From the NCBI GenBank assembly GCA_001816585.1, contig MHCJ01000003.1, forward strand, positions 778,681 to 842,680: DNA of 64,000 nucleotides, read 5' to 3'. Below the pieces are notes generated by a model that was given only the letters and a program-made list of their open reading frames with translations, had not been told where the DNA came from and did no database searches. The position numbers were made by a program, and so were the translations under genes. The stretch is from Candidatus Chisholmbacteria bacterium RIFCSPHIGHO2_01_FULL_52_32. GTDB lineage: Bacteria > Patescibacteriota > Microgenomatia > UBA1400 > Chisholmbacteraceae. Below, one piece after another: positions 10,582 to 21,019 of this stretch (position 1 is the first letter of the stretch; the number at the start of each line of letters is the position of its first letter).

Positions 10582-10658
10582 TTTTTTCCTCAATATGACA
10601 ACCTGGCAATCTTGCTTTTTTTTACAAGCAGATTTGCCCTCTTCTGTTTTCCTTTTTT

Positions 10659-11138
10659 CTACCAGCGGAAATGGGCAAACGCCTTGTTGGCCTCTGCCAT
10701 TTTATGAGAAGTGATCTTTCGCTGAAAGGCCATTCCTTCACCCTTGGCTGCATCCATGATCTCGGAAGCGAGCTTTTCGGAAAACGTCCGAAATTCTTTG
10801 TTTGGACGTTTCCTGGCCTCAGCAACAAGCCAGTGGAGAGCCAAAGAAAGGCTGCGTGGGCCCCGGATGGGGGTCGGTACTTGATAGGCTGCTCCTCCGA
10901 CGCGCCGGGACCTAACCTCCATAAGGGGAGATATATTTTGAATGGCAGTCTCGAATACTTCGATTGCATCTTGCTTCGATTTCTCTTTAATAAGGCCTAA
11001 GGCCCCGTAGACATGGTGTTGGGCGATGGTCTTTTTCCCTTGGCGCATCACCATGCTAATCAGTTTCTCAACCGTTCGGTTTTCGTATATTGGATCCGGT
11101 GAAATTTTCCTCTGTGGCGTTTTTCCGCTTCTCGACAT
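10659..11138 (-). CDS. rpsG: 30S ribosomal protein S7
   Basis: [30 protein letters not shown]. Confidence 0.99.
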   Translation of the reverse strand: MSRSGKTPQRKISPDPIYENRTVEKLISMVMRQGKKTIAQHHVYGALGLIKEKSKQDAIEVFETAIQNISPLMEVRSRRVGGAAYQVPTPIRGPRSLSLALHWLVAEARKRPNKEFRTFSEKLASEIMDAAKGEGMAFQRKITSHKMAEANKAFAHFRW

Positions 11139-11147
11139 AATTTCTCC

Positions 11148-11618
11148 CTAGGCTGCTTCGGTGTCTGTCTTTGCCTCCGTTTCCTCTGGTGTTCCCGGGA
11201 TCATCACCTTTCCTCCACTTCGAGTTCCGTATTTGGATCTTCCCTGCTTTCTTCCCTCAACACCGCTTGAATCGAAGACTCCTCGAACAATATGGTATTT
11301 CACGCCCGGTAGATCCTTTACTCTTCCGCCCCGCACTAAGACGATGGCGTGTTCAGCGAGTTGGTGGCCTTCTCCGCCGATATAGGCCGTCACTTCCTGC
11401 TTGTTTGATAGTCTCACCCTGGCTACTTTGCGGAGCGCCGAGTTCGGTTTCTTGGGTGTCATCGTTTTTACGATTATGCACACCCCCCGCTTTTGAGGGT
11501 TTGCGGTCTCTCTCATCAACCTTTTCGGCGCATTGAACGATCGCCTGAGGGCGGCGGCTTTAATTTTCTTTCGTATTTTTTTGCGTCCTTTACGGACAAG
11601 CTGGTTCATGGTTGGCAT
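11148..11618 (-). CDS. rpsL: 30S ribosomal protein S12
   Basis: [27 protein letters not shown]. Confidence 0.99.
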   Translation of the reverse strand: MPTMNQLVRKGRKKIRKKIKAAALRRSFNAPKRLMRETANPQKRGVCIIVKTMTPKKPNSALRKVARVRLSNKQEVTAYIGGEGHQLAEHAIVLVRGGRVKDLPGVKYHIVRGVFDSSGVEGRKQGRSKYGTRSGGKVMIPGTPEETEAKTDTEAA

Positions 11619-11646
11619 AGGTTTTTCTTTTTTATTCTGTTAAACG

Positions 11647-11672
11647 AAAAACAGCGGGCGACGCCGCTGTTT
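11647..11672 (-). terminator. Terminator-like hairpin in the rpsL leader
   Basis: Minus strand AAACAGCGG-CGTCGC-CCGCTGTTTTT. Confidence 0.6.
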
Positions 11673-11794
11673 GGAAGGGACTTTCTCCTCTTAATGCCTT
11701 ATCCTCCCTTCTGCGCAACGCTTCGTCTTACCCAAAGCATTCTTCCCCCTTTCGATGAACTTGTTGACCACAAGTTCCGATCGCATCGGTTGGT

Positions 11795-11824
11795 ATTGTA
11801 CCATACAAGGCGGGTTTGACTCAA
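11795..11824 (-). promoter_or_regulatory. Sigma70-type promoter for the str operon
   Basis: TTGAGT-18 bp-TACAAT with extended TG. Confidence 0.55.
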
Positions 11825-11834
11825 TGATCGATCG

Positions 11835-14800
11835 TTATTTCTTCTCCTCATCCTGAAGGAAGCGCTCTTTTTCGACGGGTATGAGCCTGCCAATGATGAC
11901 ATTCTCTTTGAGCCCGAGCAGCCGATCTTCTTTCCCTTGGATAGCGGCTTCTGTGAGGATGCTGGTGGTTTCCTGGAACGAGGCTGCAGAGAGCCAGGAT
12001 TCGGTGTAGAGAGATGCCCTGGTTATCCCGAGGATGACGATTTGGGCCGTTGCCGGCTCTCCTCCTTCCGCAAGAATTGCTTCGTTCTCCTCCTCAAAGC
12101 GTTCTTTGTTGATGAGCTCTCCTGGAAGAAGGTCCGTATCTCCGGTCGACTCTATTTTTACCTTGTCGCTCATCTTGCGGATGATGATTTCAAAATGACG
12201 ATCATTAATGGGAATCCCTTGACTCTCATACACCTGTTGGATTTCACTCAAGAGATATTCTTGGGCCGCTCGGAGTCCCCGAATCTTTAGAACTTCCTTG
12301 ATGTCAAGACTTCCAGACGATATTTGGTCTCCGACCCCGACGAGATCTCCCTCTTTTACGCGTAGGGTTGAGGTGAGTTGCACGAGATATTGTTTCTCTT
12401 CAATCGGTTTGCCCGATGATTTTATTGTCACTTTGTACCCTTCAGGTGTTTCCTCAATCGAGATTTTCCCGGCAATCTCGCTCATCGGAGACACCATCTT
12501 GGCGGTACGGGCCTCAAACAACTCCTCCACCCTTGGTAAACCTTGGGTCACATCGAGTCCAACGATTCCCCCAGTGTGCTTGACACGCATGGTCAATTGG
12601 GTTCCCGGCTCGCCGATCGACTGGGCTGCGATGACCCCAACAGGCGTTCCGATCTCGACAAGTTTTCGACTCGAGAAATCCCATCCATAGCAGGTTTGGC
12701 ATACTCCATATCTTGCCTGGCAGGTGAGGGGCGAGCGAGCATCCACCTCGCTTATCTTGGTTTTCTTCAACTCTTCAAGTTTCTCTTCATCGATCAACTC
12801 ATCTTTCTTGATGAGAATCTTTTTTGTTTTGGGACTCATGATTTTCTTGGCAGAAATTCTTCCCAGAATACGCATGTAGAACGATTTTCCCCTTGTTCCA
12901 TCAGCTTTTATGGTAATGCATTCCGTTGTTTTACAATCAATCTCCCTCACCAGGCTATCGTGGGCGACATCCACCAGTCGGCGCGTTAAGTATCCCGCAT
13001 CTGCCGTCTTTAAGGCTGAATCCGTCAATCCTTTCCGGGAACCCCGGGCTGAAGTCACATATTCAAATACCGAAAGACCTTCACGGAAGTTTGACTTGGT
13101 CGGAAGTTCTACAATTTTTCCCAACGGATCAACCACCAGGCCTCGCATTGCCGCAAGTTGTTTCACCTGATCTTTGCTAGCTCGAGTTCCCCCAGAGTCG
13201 ATGCTCATTTTCACCGCGTTACTCTTCTCAAAATTTTCCCAAGTCCGCTCGGCGATAAGGTCCGTGGTCTCCATCCAAATTTCATTGGAGAGCCTTCTTT
13301 TCTCTTCCTGGGTAATGAGTCCCTCTTTGTAGTTTTCTTGGACTTCTTCGACCTTCCGGTTTGCTTCCTTGATCAATTCATCTTTATCCCGAATGATCTT
13401 ACAATCGGAAACGGCAATTGACAGCCCAGAACGGGTTGCCGCATAGAACCCGATGTCTTTGAGATTATCAATAAGGTCAGTCGTCTCTTCTTCGGTAAGG
13501 GTTGAAATCGCCCGACGAATGAGTTCTTTAATTTCTCCAAGGGTTATTGCCCTGTTTAAGAACCGGAATGCTTGGGGGAGAAGATTGTTGAAGATAAGCC
13601 TGCCAACGGTCGTTTCTATGATCTGCGGTTTGCCGTTTTTGGCAAGGTTCACTTTGATCATCTGGCGCAATTTTACCTTCCCGATCTCGTAGGCAAGGAT
13701 TATTTCCTCTGGTGTCGAAGCGATTATTTCATTTGGTTTAATGGCTTCATCAACGGAAGTTAAGTAATAGCAACCGAGGGCCATTTCTTTGTTCGGAATC
13801 GTGATTGGTGATCCGTCCGCTGGTTTTAGGAGATTTTTCTTGGGCATCATAAGACTCTCGGCCTCTTCTTTCGCCACTTTCCCGAGAGGAATATGAACGG
13901 CCATTTGATCTCCATCGAAGTCGGCGTTGAATCCTGCACAGATACAGGGATGGATACGAATGGCATTACCATCGACGAGTATGGGAAAGAACGCCTGGAT
14001 GCCGAGCTTGTGTAGGGTTGGGGCACGGTTTAAAAGCACGGGGTGGTTGTGGGTGATATTTTCCAAGATGTCGTAGACTTCCGGCGCCCTCCGTTCCATG
14101 ATGTGTTTCGCTGATTTGACGTTCGGTGCGATGCCTTTGAGGATGAGTTCGCGGAGGACATATGGTTTGAACATTTCAAGCGCCATTTCTTTGGGAAGTC
14201 CACACTGACTGAGCTTGAGATCCGGGCCAACGATGATGACTGAGCGCCCAGAATAATCTACCCTTTTCCCCAACAGGTTTTGCCGAAAACGGCCCTGTTT
14301 CCCCCGTAACATGTCTGAAAGGGATCGGAGTTGCTTCCCGATTCGACGCCTTCTCGTCGTTCTTGATTGAGAAGCATCAATCAACGAATCTACCGCCTCT
14401 TGGAGCATGCGCTTTTCGTTTCGCAGGATGATTTCCGGAGCTCCTAAATCGATCAGGTGCTTCAGGCGATTATTTCGATTTATCACCCTTCTGTAGAGGT
14501 CATTGAGGTCGGAAGTTGCAAACCTTCCTCCGGATAACTGGACCATTGGACGCAAGTCAGGAGGTATGACTGACAGAACCTTGAGGACCATCCAGGACGG
14601 ATCAATCCCCGCTTTCTTCAGTCCAGTAATCACACGCAACCGTTTGGTTGCCTTGACTTGGCGCTGTCCCGTGTATTTTCGGCTCTGTTCCCGAAGCTTG
14701 GCCGTTAATTTCTCATAATCGATGGTATTTACGAGTTTTAGAAGCGCTTCGGCACCCATCCCTACCTCGAGATGACTGGTTGCTTGGTAATCAAAAAGTT

Positions 14801-15548
14801 TCAGGTATTCATCTTCCGTCAATAGGGAACCTCTTTTGATTTTCCGGACGATGTCTTTGACCGCGCGAAAGACGTCCTCTGCATTTTGCTGTTCTTGGAG
14901 CAGTGCTTCTTTCAGGTTGGCGATTTCCTGCTTGTTCTTAAGTTTTCGCTCTTCAATAGTCAGATCCCGCTGCTCTGAGGATTTGACTTTGGATTTGATA
15001 CTGGCTAAATCTTCCTTTACCTTTTCTTCAGCCTTCTTGATCTCCGCTTCGGTTGCACGTTCGAGTTCTTCCTTCTTTCCCTTCAATTTTTCGTCAAGGC
15101 GTTTAAGAATTTCCTCACGCTCGTTTTCATCAACCTTCAAAACCAGGTACTGGGCAAAGTAAATTACGGAGGCGAGGTTTCTGGGAGAAATATCAAGAAG
15201 CAAGGAAAGCTTTGAGGGCGTTCCCTTAAAGAACCAGACATGTGCGACGGGGGCGGCGAGATTGATATGGCCCATCCGTTCACGGCGGACACGACTCTGC
15301 GTTACTTCGACGCCGCACTTGTCACAGATAATTCCCCTGTAGCGAATCCGTTTGTATTTCCCGCAGTAGCATTCCCAATCTTTTGTCGGGCCGAATATCC
15401 GCTCGCAAAACAATCCATCTTTTTCCGGTTTGAGCGTTCGGTAGTTGATGGTTTCCGGCTTTGTCACTTCGCCATGAGACCAAGCAAGCATGATCTCAGG
15501 TGAGGCAAGTTTGATTTGCAGGCCCTGAAAATCGATAATATTTTTCAT
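11835..15548 (-). CDS. rpoC: RNA polymerase beta' subunit
   Basis: KPETINYRT, Zn ribbon, catalytic NADFDGD, LKENVIIGRLIP. Confidence 0.99.
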   Translation of the reverse strand: MKNIIDFQGLQIKLASPEIMLAWSHGEVTKPETINYRTLKPEKDGLFCERIFGPTKDWECYCGKYKRIRYRGIICDKCGVEVTQSRVRRERMGHINLAAPVAHVWFFKGTPSKLSLLLDISPRNLASVIYFAQYLVLKVDENEREEILKRLDEKLKGKKEELERATEAEIKKAEEKVKEDLASIKSKVKSSEQRDLTIEERKLKNKQEIANLKEALLQEQQNAEDVFRAVKDIVRKIKRGSLLTEDEYLKLFDYQATSHLEVGMGAEALLKLVNTIDYEKLTAKLREQSRKYTGQRQVKATKRLRVITGLKKAGIDPSWMVLKVLSVIPPDLRPMVQLSGGRFATSDLNDLYRRVINRNNRLKHLIDLGAPEIILRNEKRMLQEAVDSLIDASQSRTTRRRRIGKQLRSLSDMLRGKQGRFRQNLLGKRVDYSGRSVIIVGPDLKLSQCGLPKEMALEMFKPYVLRELILKGIAPNVKSAKHIMERRAPEVYDILENITHNHPVLLNRAPTLHKLGIQAFFPILVDGNAIRIHPCICAGFNADFDGDQMAVHIPLGKVAKEEAESLMMPKKNLLKPADGSPITIPNKEMALGCYYLTSVDEAIKPNEIIASTPEEIILAYEIGKVKLRQMIKVNLAKNGKPQIIETTVGRLIFNNLLPQAFRFLNRAITLGEIKELIRRAISTLTEEETTDLIDNLKDIGFYAATRSGLSIAVSDCKIIRDKDELIKEANRKVEEVQENYKEGLITQEEKRRLSNEIWMETTDLIAERTWENFEKSNAVKMSIDSGGTRASKDQVKQLAAMRGLVVDPLGKIVELPTKSNFREGLSVFEYVTSARGSRKGLTDSALKTADAGYLTRRLVDVAHDSLVREIDCKTTECITIKADGTRGKSFYMRILGRISAKKIMSPKTKKILIKKDELIDEEKLEELKKTKISEVDARSPLTCQARYGVCQTCYGWDFSSRKLVEIGTPVGVIAAQSIGEPGTQLTMRVKHTGGIVGLDVTQGLPRVEELFEARTAKMVSPMSEIAGKISIEETPEGYKVTIKSSGKPIEEKQYLVQLTSTLRVKEGDLVGVGDQISSGSLDIKEVLKIRGLRAAQEYLLSEIQQVYESQGIPINDRHFEIIIRKMSDKVKIESTGDTDLLPGELINKERFEEENEAILAEGGEPATAQIVILGITRASLYTESWLSAASFQETTSILTEAAIQGKEDRLLGLKENVIIGRLIPVEKERFLQDEEKK

Positions 15549-15561
15549 CTCTCTCCTTTGG

Positions 15562-18500
15562 CTACTCTCCCTGGATAGTTTTACTCACTTCTTTTTGGTC
15601 TTTTTCCCTGTTTTCTTCCTGTTTTTCTTCTTTTCCATCGCTTCGGTCTTTAGACTCGGATGCCTGCTTATCATTTTGAGGCTGTGGTTCTCCTATTGCC
15701 GGCTGGCTTGATGCGGCTTGGATTTCCTCCTGCGCCACTTCAAGCACATCCTCTTCAATTGCGCCTGTTGGAATAACCTCAAGGCTCAGGCTTTCCAATT
15801 CTTTAACGAGCACCTTGAATGACTCTGGCACTGTGGCTTCGGGAATATCCGTTCCTTTGACGATTGCTTCAAACGCTTTGGCCCTGCCAACCACATCGTC
15901 TGACTTAATCGTTAACATCTCCTGAAGCGTGTGAGAGGCTCGGTGTGCCTCAAGTGCCCAAACTTCCATTTCTCCCAGACGTTGTCCTCCCATTTGGGCT
16001 TTCCCACCGAGGGGCTGCTGGGTTACCAATGAATAAGGCCCCGTGGAACGGGCATGGGTCTTATCTTCGATCATGTGGATGAGCTTCAGGATATAACCGA
16101 TGCCAACCACCGTCTCTTCTTCCAACCGTTGCCCACTCCGACCGTCATACAGCTGCACTTTTCCACTAACAGGTAATTTTGCCTTCTCCATTTCTTTGTT
16201 GATGATTTCTTCTGGGATTTTTTCGAAGACGGGTATTGCCACCTTGAAACCGAGGCGTTTGGCTGCCCATCCTAAGTGTGCTTCGAGCAGCTGTCCGAGA
16301 TTCATGCGCGCAAGTACAGAAAGCGGAGAGATAATGATGTCGACCGGTGTTCCGTCTTCCAGATAAGGCATATCCTCGATAGGAATGATCTTTGAGATTA
16401 CCCCCTTGTTTCCGTGACGACCGGCAAGCTTGTCTCCGACCGTTACTTTTCTCATCTGAGCAATGCGGATAACGACCTTCTTATTGACCCCAGGATCAAG
16501 CTCATCTCCCTGGTCGCGGTCAAGAATTTTGACGTCGATCACCGTTCCTCCCTCACCATGGGGCATGCGAAGGGACGTGTCCCGAACCTCACGGGCTTTT
16601 TCTCCAAAGATTGCTCGCAGCAACCGTTCTTCCGCCGTGAGTTCCGTCTCTCCTTTCGGAGCGATTTTCCCAACGAGAATATCATTCGGCCCGACTTCTG
16701 ATCCAATGACGACAATCCCATCCTCCCCCAAGTTCCTCAAATCCGCTTCTCCGACATTCGGGATATCACGGGTCAATTCCTCCGGACCCAATTTTGTGTC
16801 CATGACTTGCGCTTCGTACTCGTTGATGTGGATGGAGCTTAAGACGTCTTCTCTGACCATGCGTTCGGAAATGATGATGGCATCTTCATAGCCCAAACCG
16901 TCAAAGGACATATAGGCGATCACGAGGTTTTGTCCGAGCGCCAACTCTCCATCCGCTGAGCAAGGGCCATCAATGATGAGGTCTCCTTTTTTCACCCGTT
17001 GTCCAACTTTCACAACCGGTGTTTGGGAATAGCAGGTTGATTGGGCAGAACGGCTGAATTTTTGCACGATGTAGTCTTCCTTGTTCCCATTCACAGAAAG
17101 GTATTCTCTTGGGTCCTCAAGCGCTTCCTTTTTCATCTGTTCAGCCTCTTTTTGGTTTACTTGGATTTCGACCTTTGTTGCATCAACATAGGTCACTTTC
17201 CCATCATGTCTTGCACGTATGGACCGTTCCATGGACTCAATGACGGACTGCTCCATCCCCGTTCCGACGATAGGCGAATCTGGTCGAAGCAAGGGAACCG
17301 CCTGACACTGCATATGAGTTCCCATCAGCGCCCGGTTTGCTTCATCGTGTGCAATGAAAGGAATGAGGGAAGCCGAGGTTCCAACAACTTGTCGTGATAC
17401 AAGGTCAATGTATTGCGCCTGTTCCGCGGGTGCTTCCAAAAATTCTCCCTGATACCTTACCGGAAGCCATTCTTCGATAATGTATCCGTCTTTATCGATG
17501 TTCACCTCTGCATGGGTGATGTAATATTGCTCCTCTTCGTCTGCTGACAGATAGACGATTTCGTCGCTTATCCTCATTTGTGTCTTTCCGCTTCGCTCGA
17601 CTTTGATCACTTTTTTGTAGGGTGCTTCCAAAAATCCGAACTCGTTTACCCTGGCATAGAGAGCCATATAATTGACAAGTCCAATGTTTGGTCCTTCTGG
17701 AGAGCGAATGGGGCAAATTCTTGCATACTGACTTGAGTTAATATCTCGCATGGAGAACGAAGCCCGTTCACGTGTGACTCCTCCCGGCCCCATGACAGAA
17801 AGACGCCTCAGGTTATCAATTTCACTCAGGGGATTGGTTTGGTCCAGGATCGTAGAGAGTCTGTTTCGGCGGAAAAATTCGGAAATGGTCGCGATGACTG
17901 GACGGGCATTTACCAATGTGGCCGGGGTGATTTTTTCATCGGCTTTGGTCAAGCTCATTTTCTCTCGAATGGATCGTTCTAAACGGAGTAGTCCAATCCT
18001 AAATGCGGTTATCACAACGAGTTCACCAACACAGCGCACCCGACGATTGGAAAGATGATCGATATCATCCACTTTTCCTTGACCGTTCTGCAATCCAATA
18101 AGGTAGCGGACCGTGGCGATGATATCTTCGGAATGAAGCACGTGATTCGCTTTGGCGTTGGGGATATCGATACCCAGTCTTCGGTTTAACTTGTAGCGCC
18201 CGACCATTGCGAGATCATAACGACGAGAATCAAAGAAGAGTTGGTAGAGGTACTGATTGGCATTTTCCAGCACTGCCGGTTCTCCGGGACGCATTTTTTC
18301 GTAGATTTCAACCACCGCTTCTTCTCTAGTTTTTGTCTGGTCTTTTGCAATAGTCGTCGTGATGTACTGGTGATCCGCATCAGCATCGAGTCCGGAGAAC
18401 GTTTCGAGGATCTTGTCGTCCTCAACCAGTCCGACCGCACGTAACAGCACCGTTACGGGAAATTTCCGGTGTCGGTCAATTTTGACAGTGATTAAATCAT

Positions 18501-19020
18501 TGCGGGTCACTTGAAATTCAAGCCATGAGCCACGCATGGGGCGGAGTTCCGCTTTATGGAGCATCCTTCCTGTTGCAGGATCAACTTCTCCTGAGAAAAA
18601 GACGCCGGGGGAACGGACTAACTGATTCACCACTGCCCGTTCGATTCCATTGATGATGAAGGTTCCCGTTTGTGTCATCTTTGGGATATCTCCAAGAAAA
18701 ACTTCCTGCTCCGTCACTTCACCGGTTTGTTTGTTGGTAAGACGGGCTTCAACCTTCAGTGGCATCTCATACGTCACGCCTTTGGTTTTTGCCTGATCAG
18801 GTGTATTCTTCGGAGGGCCGAACCGGTGTTTGCCAAGCGCGATTTGCCAGTTCTTTCCGGTGAAATCTTCAATTGGCGAGATCGCTTCCAAGGCTTCAGC
18901 GATTCCTATCGTGAGAAACCATTGGTACGAATCACGCTGTACCGCAACGAGATCAAGAGGTGGGATATGTTCTCGAGCTCTTCCCCAGTTCAGACGAAAG
19001 TTTGTTTTATTTCTGGTCAT
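15562..19020 (-). CDS. rpoB: RNA polymerase beta subunit (ATG 19020; the ORF extends to 19080)
   Basis: QLVRSPG, SPEGPNIGL, GDKLAGRHGNKG, GGQRLGEMEVWAL. Confidence 0.99.
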   Translation of the reverse strand: MTRNKTNFRLNWGRAREHIPPLDLVAVQRDSYQWFLTIGIAEALEAISPIEDFTGKNWQIALGKHRFGPPKNTPDQAKTKGVTYEMPLKVEARLTNKQTGEVTEQEVFLGDIPKMTQTGTFIINGIERAVVNQLVRSPGVFFSGEVDPATGRMLHKAELRPMRGSWLEFQVTRNDLITVKIDRHRKFPVTVLLRAVGLVEDDKILETFSGLDADADHQYITTTIAKDQTKTREEAVVEIYEKMRPGEPAVLENANQYLYQLFFDSRRYDLAMVGRYKLNRRLGIDIPNAKANHVLHSEDIIATVRYLIGLQNGQGKVDDIDHLSNRRVRCVGELVVITAFRIGLLRLERSIREKMSLTKADEKITPATLVNARPVIATISEFFRRNRLSTILDQTNPLSEIDNLRRLSVMGPGGVTRERASFSMRDINSSQYARICPIRSPEGPNIGLVNYMALYARVNEFGFLEAPYKKVIKVERSGKTQMRISDEIVYLSADEEEQYYITHAEVNIDKDGYIIEEWLPVRYQGEFLEAPAEQAQYIDLVSRQVVGTSASLIPFIAHDEANRALMGTHMQCQAVPLLRPDSPIVGTGMEQSVIESMERSIRARHDGKVTYVDATKVEIQVNQKEAEQMKKEALEDPREYLSVNGNKEDYIVQKFSRSAQSTCYSQTPVVKVGQRVKKGDLIIDGPCSADGELALGQNLVIAYMSFDGLGYEDAIIISERMVREDVLSSIHINEYEAQVMDTKLGPEELTRDIPNVGEADLRNLGEDGIVVIGSEVGPNDILVGKIAPKGETELTAEERLLRAIFGEKAREVRDTSLRMPHGEGGTVIDVKILDRDQGDELDPGVNKKVVIRIAQMRKVTVGDKLAGRHGNKGVISKIIPIEDMPYLEDGTPVDIIISPLSVLARMNLGQLLEAHLGWAAKRLGFKVAIPVFEKIPEEIINKEMEKAKLPVSGKVQLYDGRSGQRLEEETVVGIGYILKLIHMIEDKTHARSTGPYSLVTQQPLGGKAQMGGQRLGEMEVWALEAHRASHTLQEMLTIKSDDVVGRAKAFEAIVKGTDIPEATVPESFKVLVKELESLSLEVIPTGAIEEDVLEVAQEEIQAASSQPAIGEPQPQNDKQASESKDRSDGKEEKQEENREKDQKEVSKTIQGE

Positions 19021-19257
19021 TTTTTTCTTGCCAATCCTTCTTTTTCCAACTTCACCCGTTTTGCTCTTCAAAATACGCAAAAACCCGGGTTTCCCCAGGT
19101 TTTCTTCTTTTGTTTATTCCTTTTTTATGAGAAAGCGGATCGTTGTGTCAGATGGAATGTGCACGGTGGGTATTTTCAGCTTGATTGCTAACTGTTTTTT
19201 CAAAAAACAAAAAATAGACGTACAAAAAGTACGCCTTTTTTGGAAAGGCTCGTTTTG

Positions 19258-19286
19258 TTTATAACAAATTCTGACTCGCTTGTCAA
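19258..19286 (-). promoter_or_regulatory. Sigma70 promoter for rpoBC
   Basis: TTGACA-17 bp-TATAAA with extended TG. Confidence 0.75.
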
Positions 19287-19299
19287 GCCTTCATGGGTT

Positions 19300-20307
19300 T
19301 TATTTGTTGAGGTATGTTACGATATTCCGATTGTGTTCTTCAATGGTTTGGGCGTAATGTAATTGTCCTTCGTTATCTGAGAGGTAAAACCAAAAGGCGG
19401 ATTCTTGTGGATTGGCGACAGCGTTGAGAGAGGCGAGGGAAGGATTACAAATGGGGCTCGGCGGGAGACCTGTTCTTTTATAGGTGTTTAAGGGAGAGTT
19501 GATCTCAATATCCGCTTTTGTGAGTGATTTTTTCCACCAACTATCTTCTTTCTGCTGATATCCTAGAGCATATTGAATAGTCGCATCTACCTGAAGTGGC
19601 CATTGGTTCTTCCACCGTTTGATCAGGATGCCTGCCACGAGGGGGCGGTCTGTGGCGAAGCGTGCTTCGCGTTCGACTAGAGAGGCTAAAATGATTGCCT
19701 GTTCCATCGAGAGTCCCTGATTTCCGATTGCCGTGCGGGTATCTTGGCCTATTTTCCTCGTAAATGTCTCTGAGAGGAGATCTGCAATTTCTCTTGCTTC
19801 CATGCCTGTGGGAATGAAATAGGTATCGGGAAATAAATAGCCTTCTTTCCCTTCTGTCGCGGCAAGGAATTCTTCCCGGTTAAAGCTTAAGCCTCGCTTT
19901 GTGAATTGATCACTGAGCTCCATTGCCATTTCCTCCCTTCTCCATCCCTCAATAAGAGTTACCCTTATATCCGAGGTGCCGTGGGTCAGGGTCTTGGATA
20001 TTTCATCCAAGCTCATCGCTTTCGAGAGTTCATAGTCTCCGGCTTGTATGCTCTTTTGGAGTCCTTTTCCCACTACCAATATTTTAAATGCTCCTTTTGA
20101 ACGAATGAGATCCTCGTTGGTTAATTTTTTACCAATGGCGTCTATCGAATCGCCGCGGGTGACCGTTATCATTATCTTTTCTTCTGCCTTGGGATCGACT
20201 GGAGAGGTCAACAAGCGGAAGCCTGCACTTATCCCTACAATGGCAAGTAAGAGACCGCCTATGAGAGAGGCAGATAACGCATTTCTGGTTCGTTGTCCCT
20301 TGTTCAT
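19300..20307 (-). CDS. mltG: Endolytic transglycosylase MltG (YceG family)
   Basis: N-terminal TM helix, VTLIEG, EGYLFPDTY, LASLVERE, GLPPSPICNP. Confidence 0.95.
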   Translation of the reverse strand: MNKGQRTRNALSASLIGGLLLAIVGISAGFRLLTSPVDPKAEEKIMITVTRGDSIDAIGKKLTNEDLIRSKGAFKILVVGKGLQKSIQAGDYELSKAMSLDEISKTLTHGTSDIRVTLIEGWRREEMAMELSDQFTKRGLSFNREEFLAATEGKEGYLFPDTYFIPTGMEAREIADLLSETFTRKIGQDTRTAIGNQGLSMEQAIILASLVEREARFATDRPLVAGILIKRWKNQWPLQVDATIQYALGYQQKEDSWWKKSLTKADIEINSPLNTYKRTGLPPSPICNPSLASLNAVANPQESAFWFYLSDNEGQLHYAQTIEEHNRNIVTYLNK

Positions 20308-20333
20308 ACGGGGGTATCTGCTTTTGGAGAACC

Positions 20334-20534
20334 TTACACTTCTTCAAAGAAGGCACGTCGGTATTTACCGGTCTGCGGATCGTGGATGAAGATCCGACCG
20401 CACTTACAGGTGACCTTCTCCGTTCCGTCTTTGCGCTTCACTTTCTTTCCGCGGAAAAGCGGTGTACCGCACCCGGCGCATTGTCCACGGGAGAGCAACC
20501 AAGCCTGAACTGGAGCGATAATGTTTTTCAACAT
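20334..20534 (-). CDS. Small putative zinc-ribbon protein
   Basis: 66 aa with CAGCG...CKCG; has its own extended -10 (TGT-TATAAT) 11 nt upstream. Confidence 0.75.
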   Translation of the reverse strand: MLKNIIAPVQAWLLSRGQCAGCGTPLFRGKKVKRKDGTEKVTCKCGRIFIHDPQTGKYRRAFFEEV

Positions 20535-20579
20535 ACTTCCCGTCCATTATAACATCATTCCTCAACGCCGCTTTCTCTT

Positions 20580-20954
20580 TTATCCATCTATAAATTCCTG
20601 GAGGATGAGGGTTGCGGCATAGGCATGTTTTGGCCTTTTTCGTTTGTCCCTCCCACTGCCGCCCTCAATCAATTTCCGCGTTACCTGTTCTGTCGTGAGG
20701 GTTTCGTCTTGGAAGACAATTGGTATCTTTACGACTTGTTCAAGCTGTTGGGCAAATTGATGGGTTTTTTGGGCCATTTTTCCTTCAGAGAGGCCGACAA
20801 CTATCTTTTCGATCCCTTGTGTGTGGCATATTTGCCTGATCTCTTCGTACACTTTCGGAGCGGTCTTTAGGTTTGCCAAAGGCTCCGCAAGTGGACCGGT
20901 CGCTAAGGCCAGTCCGATATGTTTGAGACCGAAATCGATTCCGAGTATTACCAT
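20580..20954 (-). CDS. ruvX: YqgF/RuvX pre-16S rRNA nuclease / resolvase-like protein
   Basis: ILGIDFGLKHIGLA, IVVGL, FQDETLTT, AATLILQ; alaS...yqgF-mltG context. Confidence 0.92.
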   Translation of the reverse strand: MVILGIDFGLKHIGLALATGPLAEPLANLKTAPKVYEEIRQICHTQGIEKIVVGLSEGKMAQKTHQFAQQLEQVVKIPIVFQDETLTTEQVTRKLIEGGSGRDKRKRPKHAYAATLILQEFIDG

Positions 20955-21019
20955 CCTGTACGAGTAAAAAGTGTAAATTGAAAAATACAGATTGGCGAAC
21001 TTTTCCCCTGTCTATGGCT

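Noticed and set aside
11699-11902. 67-aa ORF in the rpoC-rpsL spacer
   Set aside because: Overlaps the rpoC end and the predicted promoter; the region is better explained as a structured leader.
11835-19020. Inteins or introns in rpoB/rpoC
   Set aside because: Both frames are continuous and of ordinary length, with no intein splice motifs; the coiled-coil insert in RpoC looks like a lineage-specific insertion.
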